In this document: piece after piece, positions 26,825 to 39,061 of the stretch | Layout of the letters: the number at the start of each line of letters is the position of its first letter | Numbering within the stretch: the stretch's first letter is position 1 | Source of the DNA: Eledone cirrhosa | Taxonomy: Eukaryota | Reading direction: 5' to 3' | NCBI GenBank assembly: GCA_964016885.1 | Contig: OZ024747.1 | Location: 70,060,001-70,124,000 of the forward strand | Length of the DNA stretch: 64,000 bases | The notes under the pieces: generated by a model | Seen by the model: the letters and a program-made list of their open reading frames with translations, nothing else | What the model was told of the DNA's origin: nothing | Databases searched by the model: none | Position numbers and translations under genes: made by a program

Positions 26825-27620
26825 ATGTCCCAACGATTTTCTTTAGCCGTTGCTCGCACCAACCGGAGGTATATGGGTTTAAAGAGATGAAATACCGAGG
26901 ATGGTTGGAAGATCACTGATGAAGGACCAACTTTATTCATATGTAACCCATTTATTCCGTTTATTATAACCCGTTTATTCTCATATTTACACATATATTT
27001 TCCCCTGCTGTGACCCGTCTATTTTGTTCTTACTGCTTCCTCTTTCTCTGTATCTTTACCCTCTCTAACAGTCACTCTCTCTGTTAGCCTCTTCCTCACC
27101 CTTCACTCACTCACTCTCTGTTACTACCTCTCCTCCTCCTCCTTCTTCCCGTTTGACCTGTGCATAATTCTTTTCTTTCGCACTCTTGGCCAGGCTGGTT
27201 CCTCTTTTTTCTCTCTCTCGTCTACGATTTCACAGAACTTATGTTCACCGAATTCACGGACTAGACTCCTTCCGTTTGACCTGTGCGGAATTCCTTCCTT
27301 GCTCACATTTCAACCAGGTTTCATGGTCTTTATTCTCTCTGATTCACGATTTCACCGAACTTATATTCATGGAAGTTTGGGACTTGACTCGTTTTTCCTC
27401 ACTTTTCGTTGCTTCACCATCTTTGTTTGTTTACACTCTCGCTGTTCCCTTTATTTACGTGTCCCAATGACTTTCTTTGCTCGCACCAATCAGAGGTATA
27501 TAGTCTTTAAAGCGAAGAAATACCTAGGAATGGTTGGAAGATCACTGATGAAGAACCAACTTTATTCATATGTAACCCATTTGCAACCACGCAGCACGTT
27601 TATTCTCATATTTACATATA
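26825..27620 (+). repeat. ~170-bp direct repeats (26825-27000, 27460-27620) enclosing pyrimidine-rich DNA with ~120-bp subrepeats
   Basis: Both copies share TTGCTCGCACCAA...ATGGTTGGAAGATCACTGATGAAG.ACCAACTTTATTCATATGTAACCCATTT. CCGTTTGACCTGTGC occurs twice internally. Confidence 0.75.
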
Positions 27621-28603
27621 TATATATATATGTATATATACATACACATACATCAGTAAAATAAACTTTTCAAATCCCAGTAAGTATCCATAGAATTAGT
27701 TGATATCTTCTGCTATGTTGGTGATTTAATTAACATTGAGAGATGTTGCTCTGTGAAGTGGTTGGTAGCTTCCCTTCTCAGCAATCCCTTGAATTCTAGT
27801 GGTTTTATTGCTTGGCTTGGTGTAAGTAAAAGAAATAATGTGAAAATCATTTGCAAAATTTTACTCACAAAGTTTGGTATGACCTAAGATTATGTTCGAA
27901 AACAGTTTCCAGGGTGAAGGATAATGAGATCGAACCAAGGACCTTGTAATTTTGAAGCAAATATTTTAACCATTCAGCCATGCATGTAACCATTGGTTTT
28001 AGTATTTACACATGAGAGAATCATAAAAATACATGTTATTGTTAGGTAATGTAAGCATTACAACTTGTGGAACTTAGTGCATAATCATCTGTAATATATA
28101 TTGTCTAGTAGCTTCAGCACTTGATGACATCATGAGATCATGCTGATATATATGTAAGAACATATCTTCTTGTTTACATAATGCTTATAGGTCTTTTGAA
28201 TGTCATTGAAATAAATAGTATTATATTTCTAAGGATTCCATTGACATGACTTCGATATAATTGTTAGGTTAAACATTATATATTATAGTTAGGAATATCT
28301 GTTGAAATATATATTATCTCCTATAGTTTTATGGAGACTCGGTGGATTAGTGGAAATCTGAACTTGTATCTTGTATGTCATAGGTCACATCATCAAATGT
28401 AGCTTTCTTTGGGGCTGCTTAATCTCAATATTTGCACATTGTCTTTATATCAATAGAAATATGGTTCTTCAAGAAACTGATGTTAGTTCATCTCTTTATC
28501 ACTCCTCTCTTTCTGTCTCCCGCTGTCTGTCTCACTGTCTCTCTCACTTTCTTTTTCTCTCTATGTATATATATGTATATATATATATACGTATGTATAT
28601 ACA

Positions 28604-28686
<83 letters not shown>

Positions 28687-28791
28687 AGTATATATATGTG
28701 CATATATATATATATATTTATATACATGTATATATATGTGCATATATATATATATATACGTGTGTATACATATGTGTACATATATATATAT

Positions 28792-29685
28792 AAGTTCAGA
28801 GAGCTTATACCGCTGTTGGCCACAAAAGGTTTCTCTCTAAAAATAAAAGGCAGATTTTATGATGCCTGTATACGAACAGAAATGCTACATGGCAGTGAGA
28901 CTTGGGCATTACGTGCAGAGGACCTGCACAGACTGGAAAGGAATGAAGCATGCATGGTCCATTGGATGTGTAATAGTAATATACGTGAATGGCAAAGCAT
29001 AAATGAACTTAGTGAGAAATTAGGAATAAGAGGGATCAGACGCTGTTTACTTGAGAGAAGACTACGTTGGTATGGTCACGCGATGCGCATGAAAGATGAC
29101 AGCTGTATAAAAAAGTGCAGGGCGATCAAAATTGATGGTAGTTACGGAGTAGGTAGACCCAGAAAAACCTGGGATGATCTGATAAATTCTGACCTTACGC
29201 ACTTACACCTCTCTAAGACAATGTCTCTGGACTGAGATCTTTGGCGCTATGCAGTAATACAGAAGACCCGCCTTGCCTATGTACAAAGCAAAACCTACAG
29301 TCAGTAGGCACCTCTTAACCAAATATACACCACAATCCACTACCCCTACCCTATCCTCCCACTCCCACCAACACCACCCTCTCTCTGTAAAGTTGATACC
29401 ACAACATCCAGTACAAATAAATGAGATAATGAGATCGAGATTGTGTAGGTGTCACAACAAAAAAACACAGTCCACGCTGTAATGTGGCCGTGTAGGTAAC
29501 ACGGTAAAAAATTCCCAGTTCCACACTGTAAATGTGGTTGGTGTTAGGAAGGGCATCCATCCGTAGATAGTTCTATCTGAGCGAGACACGGTCACCTGAC
29601 CAACCTTGCGTCAAGTGGGACAACTCCCATCTAACCCATGCTAGCGTGGAAGATGGACATTAAACGAAGATGATGATGATGATGA
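28792..29685 (+). mobile_element. RTE-B LINE 3' fragment inserted in (TA)n
   Basis: [21 protein letters not shown]...[11 protein letters not shown]. Near-identical to 53125-54035 and ends in a (GAT)n tail. Confidence 0.93.
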
Positions 29686-29739
29686 TATATATATGTGCAT
29701 ATATATATATATATGTACACATATACGTATATATATATA

Positions 29740-29785
<46 letters not shown>

Positions 29786-29790
<5 letters not shown>

Positions 29791-30510
29791 TTAGCGAGAA
29801 TTGCATTTCGGTGAGTAGATATTAGTGAAAGGCAACTTCCGATTTGTGTTGGCTAGCGCTCCATGGACCAGAAGAGACCAGAGCAATAAACATAGGTTAT
29901 AAAGGCCATACAAACTGAGACAGCGGTTAAGAAGCTATTAACCACCTAAGCCAAAATAAAAAACGAGCAAGCTAAGCGGGTCAAACAAAGTATGATATGA
30001 TTGAAATATTTACCCGGACCCTTGGAAATGATGGTAAAATCCAATACAGGGTTTCTGCGTCACCTAAATCAATAATACTGTCTGCTTAAAAAAATAAGCT
30101 TTTGATATAATGTTCAAACAAGGATATCACGTTCTCAACAGGCATTTTTTTCTGCACCAGGATTAGAATCTCACAGTGTTTTGAAAGCACATGTGAACTC
30201 TAAAGGGGAGACAACCCCAAGTTATGGCAAATGAATTCAGTATGTGTAGTCAATGCAAAAATTACAAAAATAGCACAGAACAAATTAAGCTCTCGAAGGG
30301 TAGTTTTTAAAATAAACTTAAGCAATCAATCAGTCAATAGAATTAACTAAAAAGATAAAAAAAAATTTACTGGTTAATTGCTAGACTCGGGAGATTAATA
30401 CAAATATAAATTTAGCAAGAATCGCATTTTGGCGAGTAGAAATTAGCAAAATGCAACTTCTGATTTGTGTTGGCAAGCGCTCGATGGACCAGAAGAGACC
30501 AGAGTAATAT
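29786..30510 (+). mobile_element. Decayed PLE endonuclease fragment between ~105-bp direct terminal repeats (29786-29885, 30407-30510)
   Basis: Repeats visible directly. Internal hand translation gives KLRQRLRS, KTSKLS and VCLKK*AFDIMFKQGYHVLNR, colinear with PLE GIY-YIG. (TA)n flanks. Confidence 0.6.
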
Positions 30511-31130
30511 ATATATATAGTGAAAGATTGAAGAATAACATGGTCGGCTGTACAAAAAGGTTTTATTTCTAGTATTAACAATTGTTTCATTGATCAGGTG
30601 AGTCTAAAGGTCTATATACATATATATATAGGTAAAGACCTCCTTTAGTCATGAATAACCATTGGATTTGCATCTAGAAAGTTGCAGAGAGGTTTATTTC
30701 TAGCTAGGTATTTTTCCTGCAGTTGCCTCACAAGGAAGAGAGGATGAGTGTTACTTTTACCTGTCAGAAACCTGAACTGCATTTCATCTAGGTTAATTCG
30801 ACCCTTAACAGTTGAACAGTGACTCTATTATTCATAGTGATCAACTATTATGGTCATTTGCTTTGGAACATACATATTTTAAATTCCAAACATTAAATTT
30901 CCAAATGTTTCTTAAGCCAACTGTTATGTTTACATTTTGAACTACAGGCTTAAAATGTTCTAGAAATATGAAATTAGTGGCCAGTAGATCTTTAAAATAG
31001 TGATTAATGAACTTGCTCAGCATCCAAGAGATGCAATGCTCAATTCCATGCAGGTACCTCTGTTCCTTATTTTTCCATCACCAGGGGTGCACTAAACAAT
31101 TTTCTCAACCATTATTTATAGTGATCAACA

Positions 31131-31566
31131 GGGTGGTAGATTGGCAATATCGGTAGAACATCAGACAACAAGCTTTGCGGCATATAGTTATGGTTCTTTA
31201 CATTCAGAGATCAAATCCCGCTGAGGTTAACTTTACCTTTCATCCTTACAGCATTCGATAAAATAAAATACCAGTAATGCACCGGGGTCAATTTAATTGT
31301 CTTTTAACCCCCCCCCCCCCCCCCCCCGCCCCAAAATTGTTGGCCTTGAGCCTAAATCAGAAATCATTATTTATAGTGATCATAAGGTGGATTAGCAGTA
31401 TCGGTAGAGGGTCGGACGCCATGCTTTCCAGCATAGTTACGTCCCTTTACGGTCTGAGTTCAAATCCCGCCGAGGTTGATTTTACCTTTCATCCTTACGG
31501 GGTCGATAAAATAAAGTACCAGTAATGCACTGGGTAATTGCTGGCCTTGTGCCTAAAGTAGAAACA
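31131..31566 (+). mobile_element. Two tandem SINE family 1 copies (31131-31365 long, 31385-31566 short)
   Basis: A/B boxes and core in both. ATTATTTATAGTGATCA occurs at 31111, 31366 and 31567. Confidence 0.9.
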
Positions 31567-31684
31567 ATTATTTATAGTGATCAACTATTAATATAGTCAT
31601 TTACATTGTGAGGCACACACTTCAAATTTTAAATTTCCCAATGCTTCTCAAGTCAACCATTTTGTTACACATACACACACACAA

Positions 31685-31716
<32 letters not shown>

Positions 31717-32299
31717 GCATACATATGTATATAATCATCATGACCACCCTCATTTGACATCTATTTTACATGCTTGCATTCATTAGACTAATAGTTATAA
31801 ATATATTAATGTAAATATAAATCCACACATAAATACCATTATATACATACATTTAAATATACGCACGCATAATTGTAATATATGTCCGTGTATATGTTTG
31901 CAGGAATATGCATATAATACAATATGTATGTACATATATGCTTGTATGAGTGTTTGAGTATGTATTCATCCGTGCGTGTTTGTGCATCAACTTGGAGCAT
32001 GATTAAGTGTAAATTTGAGAAAAATCATTGAATTTTTCTTATTTACATAAATTTTCCTGAATTCCTTCTCACCATTTAGTACTAACTGCTAAGTTGATTG
32101 ATGATGATAGTGAACTTGCTCCCAATTTCAAACTGAAGCAACAACAACAACAACAAAAACTGTAATAAATTCAAAGTAGCGTTAGTAACGTGGTTGAGAT
32201 TGGTCAATCAGTGAAAGGATGGTTGAATTAGTAAGGCAGGTCTGTATTTTTGATAGAAGAGTTTCACTTGTATTTCAGTCATACATTGATGTAGTGGCA

Positions 32300-32780
32300 A
32301 AGATGTTTAACCGACCAAAATGTACATGGGTGTTAAATTGATAACACAGAAAAGAAATTAATCAACTCTTGTAGAAAATGATATTTCTGAAGATGGATAT
32401 GCCAATGTATATCTATAGACATATAGGTCACCTCCTATCTGAAGGCTTTGCAGAAGAAATTGGTCCCAGTTTCAACTAATTGCAGACCTACAGGACTAAC
32501 AATGTACACAGAAAATGACATGTCAACAGTAATTAAGTGTGTTCTCTCAATGGACCTCCTGTCTCCTCTTGCTATGACTTATGACCTGTTAGTATCAGTC
32601 AAGTGCTACTTGTGAAGTATCTTATTGGCAATGTTCTTTTGCAGATAACAAATCAGTAAAACAAATCCCATTTTCCTCAAGGGTGTCTCATACAACAAAA
32701 GTCTTTTAATGTGTTAGGGAACATTCTTTACATTTGATATTTTCTCAGAAAATTGTCTTAGTTCTGGTGTCCAAGTTGAT
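32300..32780 (+). pseudogene. Highly decayed LINE RT C-terminal remnant
   Basis: Traces of GLT...KT-like and VKYL motifs, spaced as in RTE RT. Confidence 0.35.
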
Positions 32781-34309
32781 GTTTGTCAATGTACTTGTTG
32801 TTGCTGATGCTATTGTTTTTGTTACTGAAGTTGTTATTGATGTTGAGTAATAAATTAAGTTAGCTTTTGTCAACCATATCTTTGAAAATAACCAATCAAA
32901 CAATCAGAGCTGGTTTATGAAACAGCATATTGGAACTTTAGTATAAAATATTTGGGTTAGTGTATGCACCTTCATCATTACCACCACTATCATATCATCA
33001 TCAGCATCAACATCATTGTTATCAATATTTTTAAACATCTGATATCCTGTGAGTATATTGCCATTACTTGTTTACATCCCATGCCATCTCATTCTGAAAA
33101 TCCTAAGATGTGATCCCTCCACCTCACTGTGTTTTCTCCCCTCCCCCTCTCTGTCTCTCTCTCTCTATATATATATATATATAATTTACACTTCTTTGGT
33201 CATTTGTCATGCAGACATCAGTTCATACATTTAATTAGCAGATACTTTTACAGACCAGATGCACTCTGACATCCATGCAATTCAGTCTTATATTTCCCAT
33301 GTATTTTTCTCAACTTGTTACTGCCAAGCTTCTATACATATTCCATTTTAAAAGATCATGTCTCCCTACCAAGTAGAATCAACATGTTCACACACATTTA
33401 ATACCGTTTGTCTTCTAAGGAAAAAGCATTTTCTTTACCAAGAAATTTAGTGTTTCCTCAATTTATTTTTATACAATGTTTTAAATTCTAGCTTCGGTAC
33501 TTTTTCCACTGCTGAAGCAATTAATCATTAAGATAGCTGTTCCTTTAAACTTATGCATCAAGCAAATTATCTGACCAATTTATGAACTCCATTTCATAGG
33601 GGAATTTGCTAAAAACAAAACGTGTAAATGATATTTAGTTTTCTATCAGTGTGTCAGAGACCTCACGTGACTTTAAATATATTCATCCTTCATAAGGCTG
33701 CTTCCGTGATAGTACTGAAATTTTGTACTCCCTGCTTTTAATTAATTATATATATATATTTGTATGTCTTTACTCAATTTACTAATGCTAGTGATGCTAT
33801 GTTTAGATTTCAATATTTCTAATTTCCAATCATCCAAATGCCTCAATAAATTGAAGTTTTGTTTCTTTCCAGTTCTATCCACAAAAGCTATTGTATATAG
33901 TTCCTAATTTGAACAGAAACTGTTGTCAACTGCTATGTGGCATAAAGGTAACACACTTGACCAGCATTCAAGAGATATAGAGTTTGATTCAATTCTCTGT
34001 AGTGGCTCCTGATCACATATTTCCTGTCTCTAAGGATATTTTATCCTATTTTCTAATGTTATGATCATTGTAGTGAATCTGTGTTTGTATTTCAAAATGT
34101 TTAATATATATATATATACAGTTATTAGTGTATATGCAATTAATTATGACCACAGTAAATTACTGATATTTATTTCCTTAATCCTGAAGCAAATAGTAGA
34201 AAGATCCTCCTCAGTGTTTCAACTCTTATTTATATAAGTACTCAATGTAAGCATGAACACACTATTCACTCATAGCTAGGTTAACTAACAATAAATCTAA
34301 TTTAATCAA

Positions 34310-34530
34310 CCCTTTAGCATTTACGTTACTCTATATATACTATTCTATTTTCACAGTAAACACTTTATTTCACATAATTATCTCACATAATATCGAATCT
34401 ACGAGATTTTGATATTATTTATTTTGAGAAAAATACCTTAACATCAGTATGAGCGGCCAGTTACAACCAGTTTGAACAGAAAGAGGTGAGAGAATTCTGG
34501 CCGGATATGGCTGGTTTAAATGCTAAAGGG
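34310..34530 (+). mobile_element. piggyBac-like MITE, copy 3
   Basis: Perfect 14-bp TIR CCCTTTAGCATTTA / TAAATGCTAAAGGG with TCAA/TTAA flanks. Confidence 0.85.
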
Positions 34531-34566
34531 TTAATTAATCCCTTTATTTTTGTTCAAGGTCGAGAG

Positions 34567-34618
34567 AAGTTATTCACAGCTTGTGTAAACAATTGTTCAC
34601 ACAAGCTGTGAATAACTT
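34567..34618. repeat. 52-bp spacerless palindrome (1 mismatch)
   Basis: AAGTTATTCACAGCTTGTGTAAACAA / TTGTTCACACAAGCTGTGAATAACTT. Confidence 0.95.
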
Positions 34619-35695
34619 GATATTATGTAGCAACATGTGGTTGGATGCTTGAGAATGATGCATCAAAATGGAATTTAAAGCACCTTCAGAGAATACTAAT
34701 TTCTTTTTTCGTTTTCTTTTTTGCTAGCTTATAGGTAATAAACACAAGCTGTTTCAAGTATGACATTGTGTTTTTAAGAACATTTAATTCCAAATTATCA
34801 ATGTTCAACTTGCAGTGGAAAATCTATTCAATGATTTTTTTAGTAAGTAATTTTCAATATACCTCCTACTGTAAAAAGCTTCAGGACTATGTATACCAGA
34901 AGTAAATGATAAAAATCAAATATTTCTATAAGAGAAATGAATACTTGCCCTTTATTTATATGAACAAAGATAAAGTAAAATGATGCAATAAATCAATGTT
35001 CTAATTTTTTGTTTCACATTATTTTAATAGAAATTTAATTGGCCAGTAAGACTCATCTGTACACAAGAATTGCTATTTAAGATTCATTCTTTGCTATTTA
35101 CACCAATAAAATTCTATAGTATTATTTCAGACTGATTACATAGCTTCATATTCAATCTTGAATGGAAAATATTTGAAATAAATCTCTCTGTTGTGTGAAT
35201 TCTTTTATGGTTGTTTAAACAAATAGTGAAGAATTACGATATCAGCTGAACTGCCACAGTTGAGTGCGGAAGCTAAGACCAACACAGCTGACACGTTGAA
35301 GACATCGAGTTATTTAAAGATCAAAGATCTTAGCCATAGTTTCATGTAGTCCATTAGTCTTATCTGCTTAAATGTCACGATTGGCTATATGATCAACCAA
35401 CTAACTCTGCTATTATTAGCTACAAGGTTATCATTTGTCATATATATTTCTATCAATATCAGTCAGGTGGAAATTTTTATGTTAAATCTATTGATTACTT
35501 TTATCACTAGATGGACATTCCTTGCAATGATTACATACTTGGGCTAATTGTTTTTGTAATATACACTTAGAATTAACTGGACATGGAATCATTATATTTT
35601 GTGGGGAAATCTGTTTACTTGCAGTTCTTTTCATTGCCTTATATTTATGAAGAGGTAGCTATTTATTTTTTTATTGATATATATATATATATATA

Positions 35696-35860
35696 TAACG
35701 AAGGAAGTATGGTAAGGAACCAGGTGGACCATAACGCACCAGAGTACTCGATACGTTGGGTAGTAGAGTGGGTAATAGGAAAAGAGTCAGAACCCCGACG
35801 TCCAGAAATAGCTGTTGAAACGGCTTGAACTCTGCCGTCGGGGTTCTGACTTTTTTCCTA
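35696..35860. mobile_element. Short inverted pseudo-LTR insertion of the 37266-39155 PLE family in (TA)n
   Basis: 35696-35800 is the reverse complement of the family 3' terminus. 35801-35860 is the forward 3' half of the hammerhead. Confidence 0.88.
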
Positions 35861-36099
35861 TATATATGTATATATATACATATATATATCATTTAAATGA
35901 CTATAGTTAAGATGTAGTGTTTTATTCAAAATATTCAATAAAAAAGACTTTCATTAGTCAATTCCTATAAGATATGCATTTTTTCAATGTCAAGAAGTTT
36001 TTATTGTTGCATAATGGTAAAAGAAAAAGCCATAGTTATGTCAAAATCCTTAGTAAATCTTTTCCTTCCAAGGTTACTGATCTTGGAATGAAAAGATCT

Positions 36100-36425
36100 A
36101 TTAAGGTAGTAGTGCTGGTGTCATATTGAAAATCATCCAATCCACAGTGTAATGCAGTAGTGTTGGTCCCATGACAAAAACACATACACCCTGTAAGGTT
36201 GTAGTGCTGGAGTCACAATAAAATATTCCTAGTACACACTATAAAGTAGTTGGTTTTAGAAAGGACATTCAGCCTTTGAAAACATGATACCAGTAAACAC
36301 CATAAAGCTGATGTTAGAAAGGGCAACCAGCTGTAGAAACCAAATGAAAACTGGCATGTATGAGCAAGATATGGATACCTGACTAGTCTAACTGCAGAAT
36401 TTGACAATCTCTCTCACCCATGTTA
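36100..36425 (+). repeat. Decayed RTE-B 3' UTR repeat
   Basis: GTTAGAAAGGGCAACCAGCTGTAGAAACC...GTATGAGCAAGA...ACCCATG pattern. Confidence 0.55.
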
Positions 36426-37208
36426 GGATATATATATTATTCCCAGTAAAAATCGTTAGCTGATCACACAGTTGACCAATTGTAATGTAATGAGATGTAA
36501 GCACTCCACAACGTGGATACCATAAGGTACTACCTATAAGATATCAGATGGTGTGTCTGATAAAGAAAAGTAAGACAGACGGTATCACGTATACATCATG
36601 TTCATTTCATCATCCTGTTATGCACATTTCAAAGACATCAAATAGGTTGTGTCATAATCATTTGATGTGTTGCCATCAGACAGGTATTTAAGTGTAATAT
36701 TAATTTGTTTGTATGCTCACCATAGAATGGAACACAATGTTAACAGTCCGGATATAAGCAGTGTGGTGGCAGGAGTTGTGTGTGTGTGTGTATGCTAGGA
36801 TAAATGGAGGTTATAGAAAGTGTAGTGAAGGTTATAGAAACTGTTGGGAGAATTTGAGGCCATTTGGGTAAGCGTCTCCAATGTGAACAATTCTACTGCT
36901 CAGTCCTGCAATTAGTGGATAGGGAACTGTGATGTAAAATGAAAGCTGAGAAAGAGAGTTGTTGAGTTGCATGATCGAGAGAATGGAAATGATGAGTAAT
37001 GGGGGTATCTTAGCCAAGTTGTATGTCTTTCAGGTTTCCTTTAAATCAGTCTGCTAGACAGCAACTTATTTTTAAGAGCTAATTTATTTTCATTGTGTAC
37101 TCTAAATTTGCAGTATATACATACAAAAATACATCTTTAAATCTTCATTATTATTTCTCCTATTATATGTATGTATTATATGTATATATACACGCACATA
37201 CACACACT

Positions 37209-37265
<57 letters not shown>

Positions 37266-37268
<3 letters not shown>

Positions 37269-37832
37269 ACCATCAAACTCTCTTACAGCACTACACCAAA
37301 CTTCGCACAAAACATCGTCTCCTCTAACAACAAAAAACTCAACCCCGATGGCAGAAATAACCTAAATAGCAGTGGAGAACCGACCAGGAGGTGTAACTGC
37401 CCGGATAGATCTATCTGCCCACTCGACAATAGATGCAGAGACCGTAATGTGATCTACCAGTGCAACGTGAGGACGGATACCTCCAACAAAGCCTATATAG
37501 GACTTACCGCATGTGACTTCAAGACCCGGCTATACCAACATAGAGATACCTTCCGAAACCCGGCCCGGCGTCACGCTACTACACTCTCGGGCCACATATG
37601 GGACCTCAAGGACAACAACATCACCTATGATCTCACTTGGAGATTACTGTCCAGAGCCAATTCTTACACGGGAGGACGCCGTCCGTGCAATTTATGCTCG
37701 GAGGAAACTTTACAAATGCTGTTTTCGACGGACCAACTCCTAAACAAGAAAGATGAACTGGTTACTGCATGTAAACATAGATTGCGTAGGACTTACCTCG
37801 CCCTCAAACCCCATAATGACCCGGGGGGGTAG
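37266..37832 (+). CDS. PLE C-terminal GIY-YIG endonuclease (partial, uninterrupted; the track's N-terminal part is microsatellite)
   Basis: VIY...YIG core, conserved R, H and E residues and Cys motifs. The architecture resembles C-terminal-EN PLEs of the Hydra type (inference). Confidence 0.85.
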
Positions 37833-38967
37833 ACTAGGGCTATAACACCCCACTTGCTGACTTTGCAATGGGTAACCCCTGCTTGCCAAGGGAGACGTAA
37901 GATCTTCTTTGTATTCTTTTATCGCTTCCTTTATTTCCTTCCTTCCCCCCCTCTCTCCTTAGTCCTTCTACCCCAGCTCTTCTCCTTTGTCGACGTCTTT
38001 TCTCGCCCACCCGAGGCTGCCCTTTGGCCCCTTGTAGCCTTAGTACCCCTACCCCCTCCCCTAGTCTAGGATAGATTTGGCGGACTCCGCCCTTTATAGC
38101 AGTTGGTTTAGACCCCGGATACTTGTCCCCTTTTTCCGACCGCTCCCACTATTCTCTGTGCCCTCTATATTTCTTAGTGGCACTTATGCCTTATTTTTTC
38201 GTTTCAGTATTTCTTTCTTCGCTTTTCTTTTGGGCGGGGTGGATTCTGAATTTATTCTTCCGTATTCTACCTTTACTTCGTACGAACTTTCATGTAGCTT
38301 GTTTTAGATCTTTTAGAGTTAGCATTAGTATATATTTTTCTCGGGACTCAGAATTATTATCTCGTATTAGTTCACTTTGCTGCACTGGGTGGTGGCTGGA
38401 ATTGTACCCGGGATGGAAACCTTTATTGTCTATTTCGTGGTAGTCTCTTTAGTATTTTGGCCCCTTTTGTTGACCCGTCACCGTATCATTTACGTACTTA
38501 TACCTCTTAAAAGGGTCCTCGCCTATCCGTCCCACCTAGTTCTTTTACTTATTTCGTTATTTCTTTATTTCTTTCTTTACTTCTTTCTTTCTTTATTTAT
38601 TTATTTATTTATTTATTCCAGACTAACAATAGCTAGAGACCTAGGTCGTAGAATTTAATTTACTTTACTTTTTTCTTTACACTCATTTGTTTTTCTTTAC
38701 ACTTATTTGCTTTTCTTCACTCTCTTTCCTATATATTTCTACCCCCCATTGTTCTACCTACCGTTCCGACTTCCTCCCCCTCCCCCTCCCTTGTATCTTC
38801 TTTGACCTCATGCCCAGCTGTAGCTGGCACTACAAACGCTTGATTGGGGCTACTCCACCCCTCCCCTCTTTCTCCTACTGGCTGGTTTAGCCACCATCTC
38901 CCCTACTAATTTGCAACCACAGAATTACTACTGATTTTTGACAATCACTTTGACCATATATGGAATT

Positions 38968-39061
38968 ACCCCTTGAGAAGATCGGCTATTTAAATACCAG
39001 GATAAATTTTCATTTAGTCCAGAATTAGCCGTCGAAACGGCTTGAGCTCAGCTGTCGGGGT
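38968..39061 (+). ncRNA. Type I hammerhead ribozyme, U3-A8 core variant; predicted cleavage after C39056 (GUC)
   Basis: Stem I ACCCC/GGGGT; core TTGAGAA 38973-38979; stem II GA(T)CGGCTA/TAGCCGTC; GAAA 39034-39037; stem III ACGGCT/AGCTGT. Confidence 0.8.

Noticed and set aside
31385-31475. tRNA gene
   Set aside because: The A/B boxes belong to SINE heads; no cloverleaf or acceptor stem.
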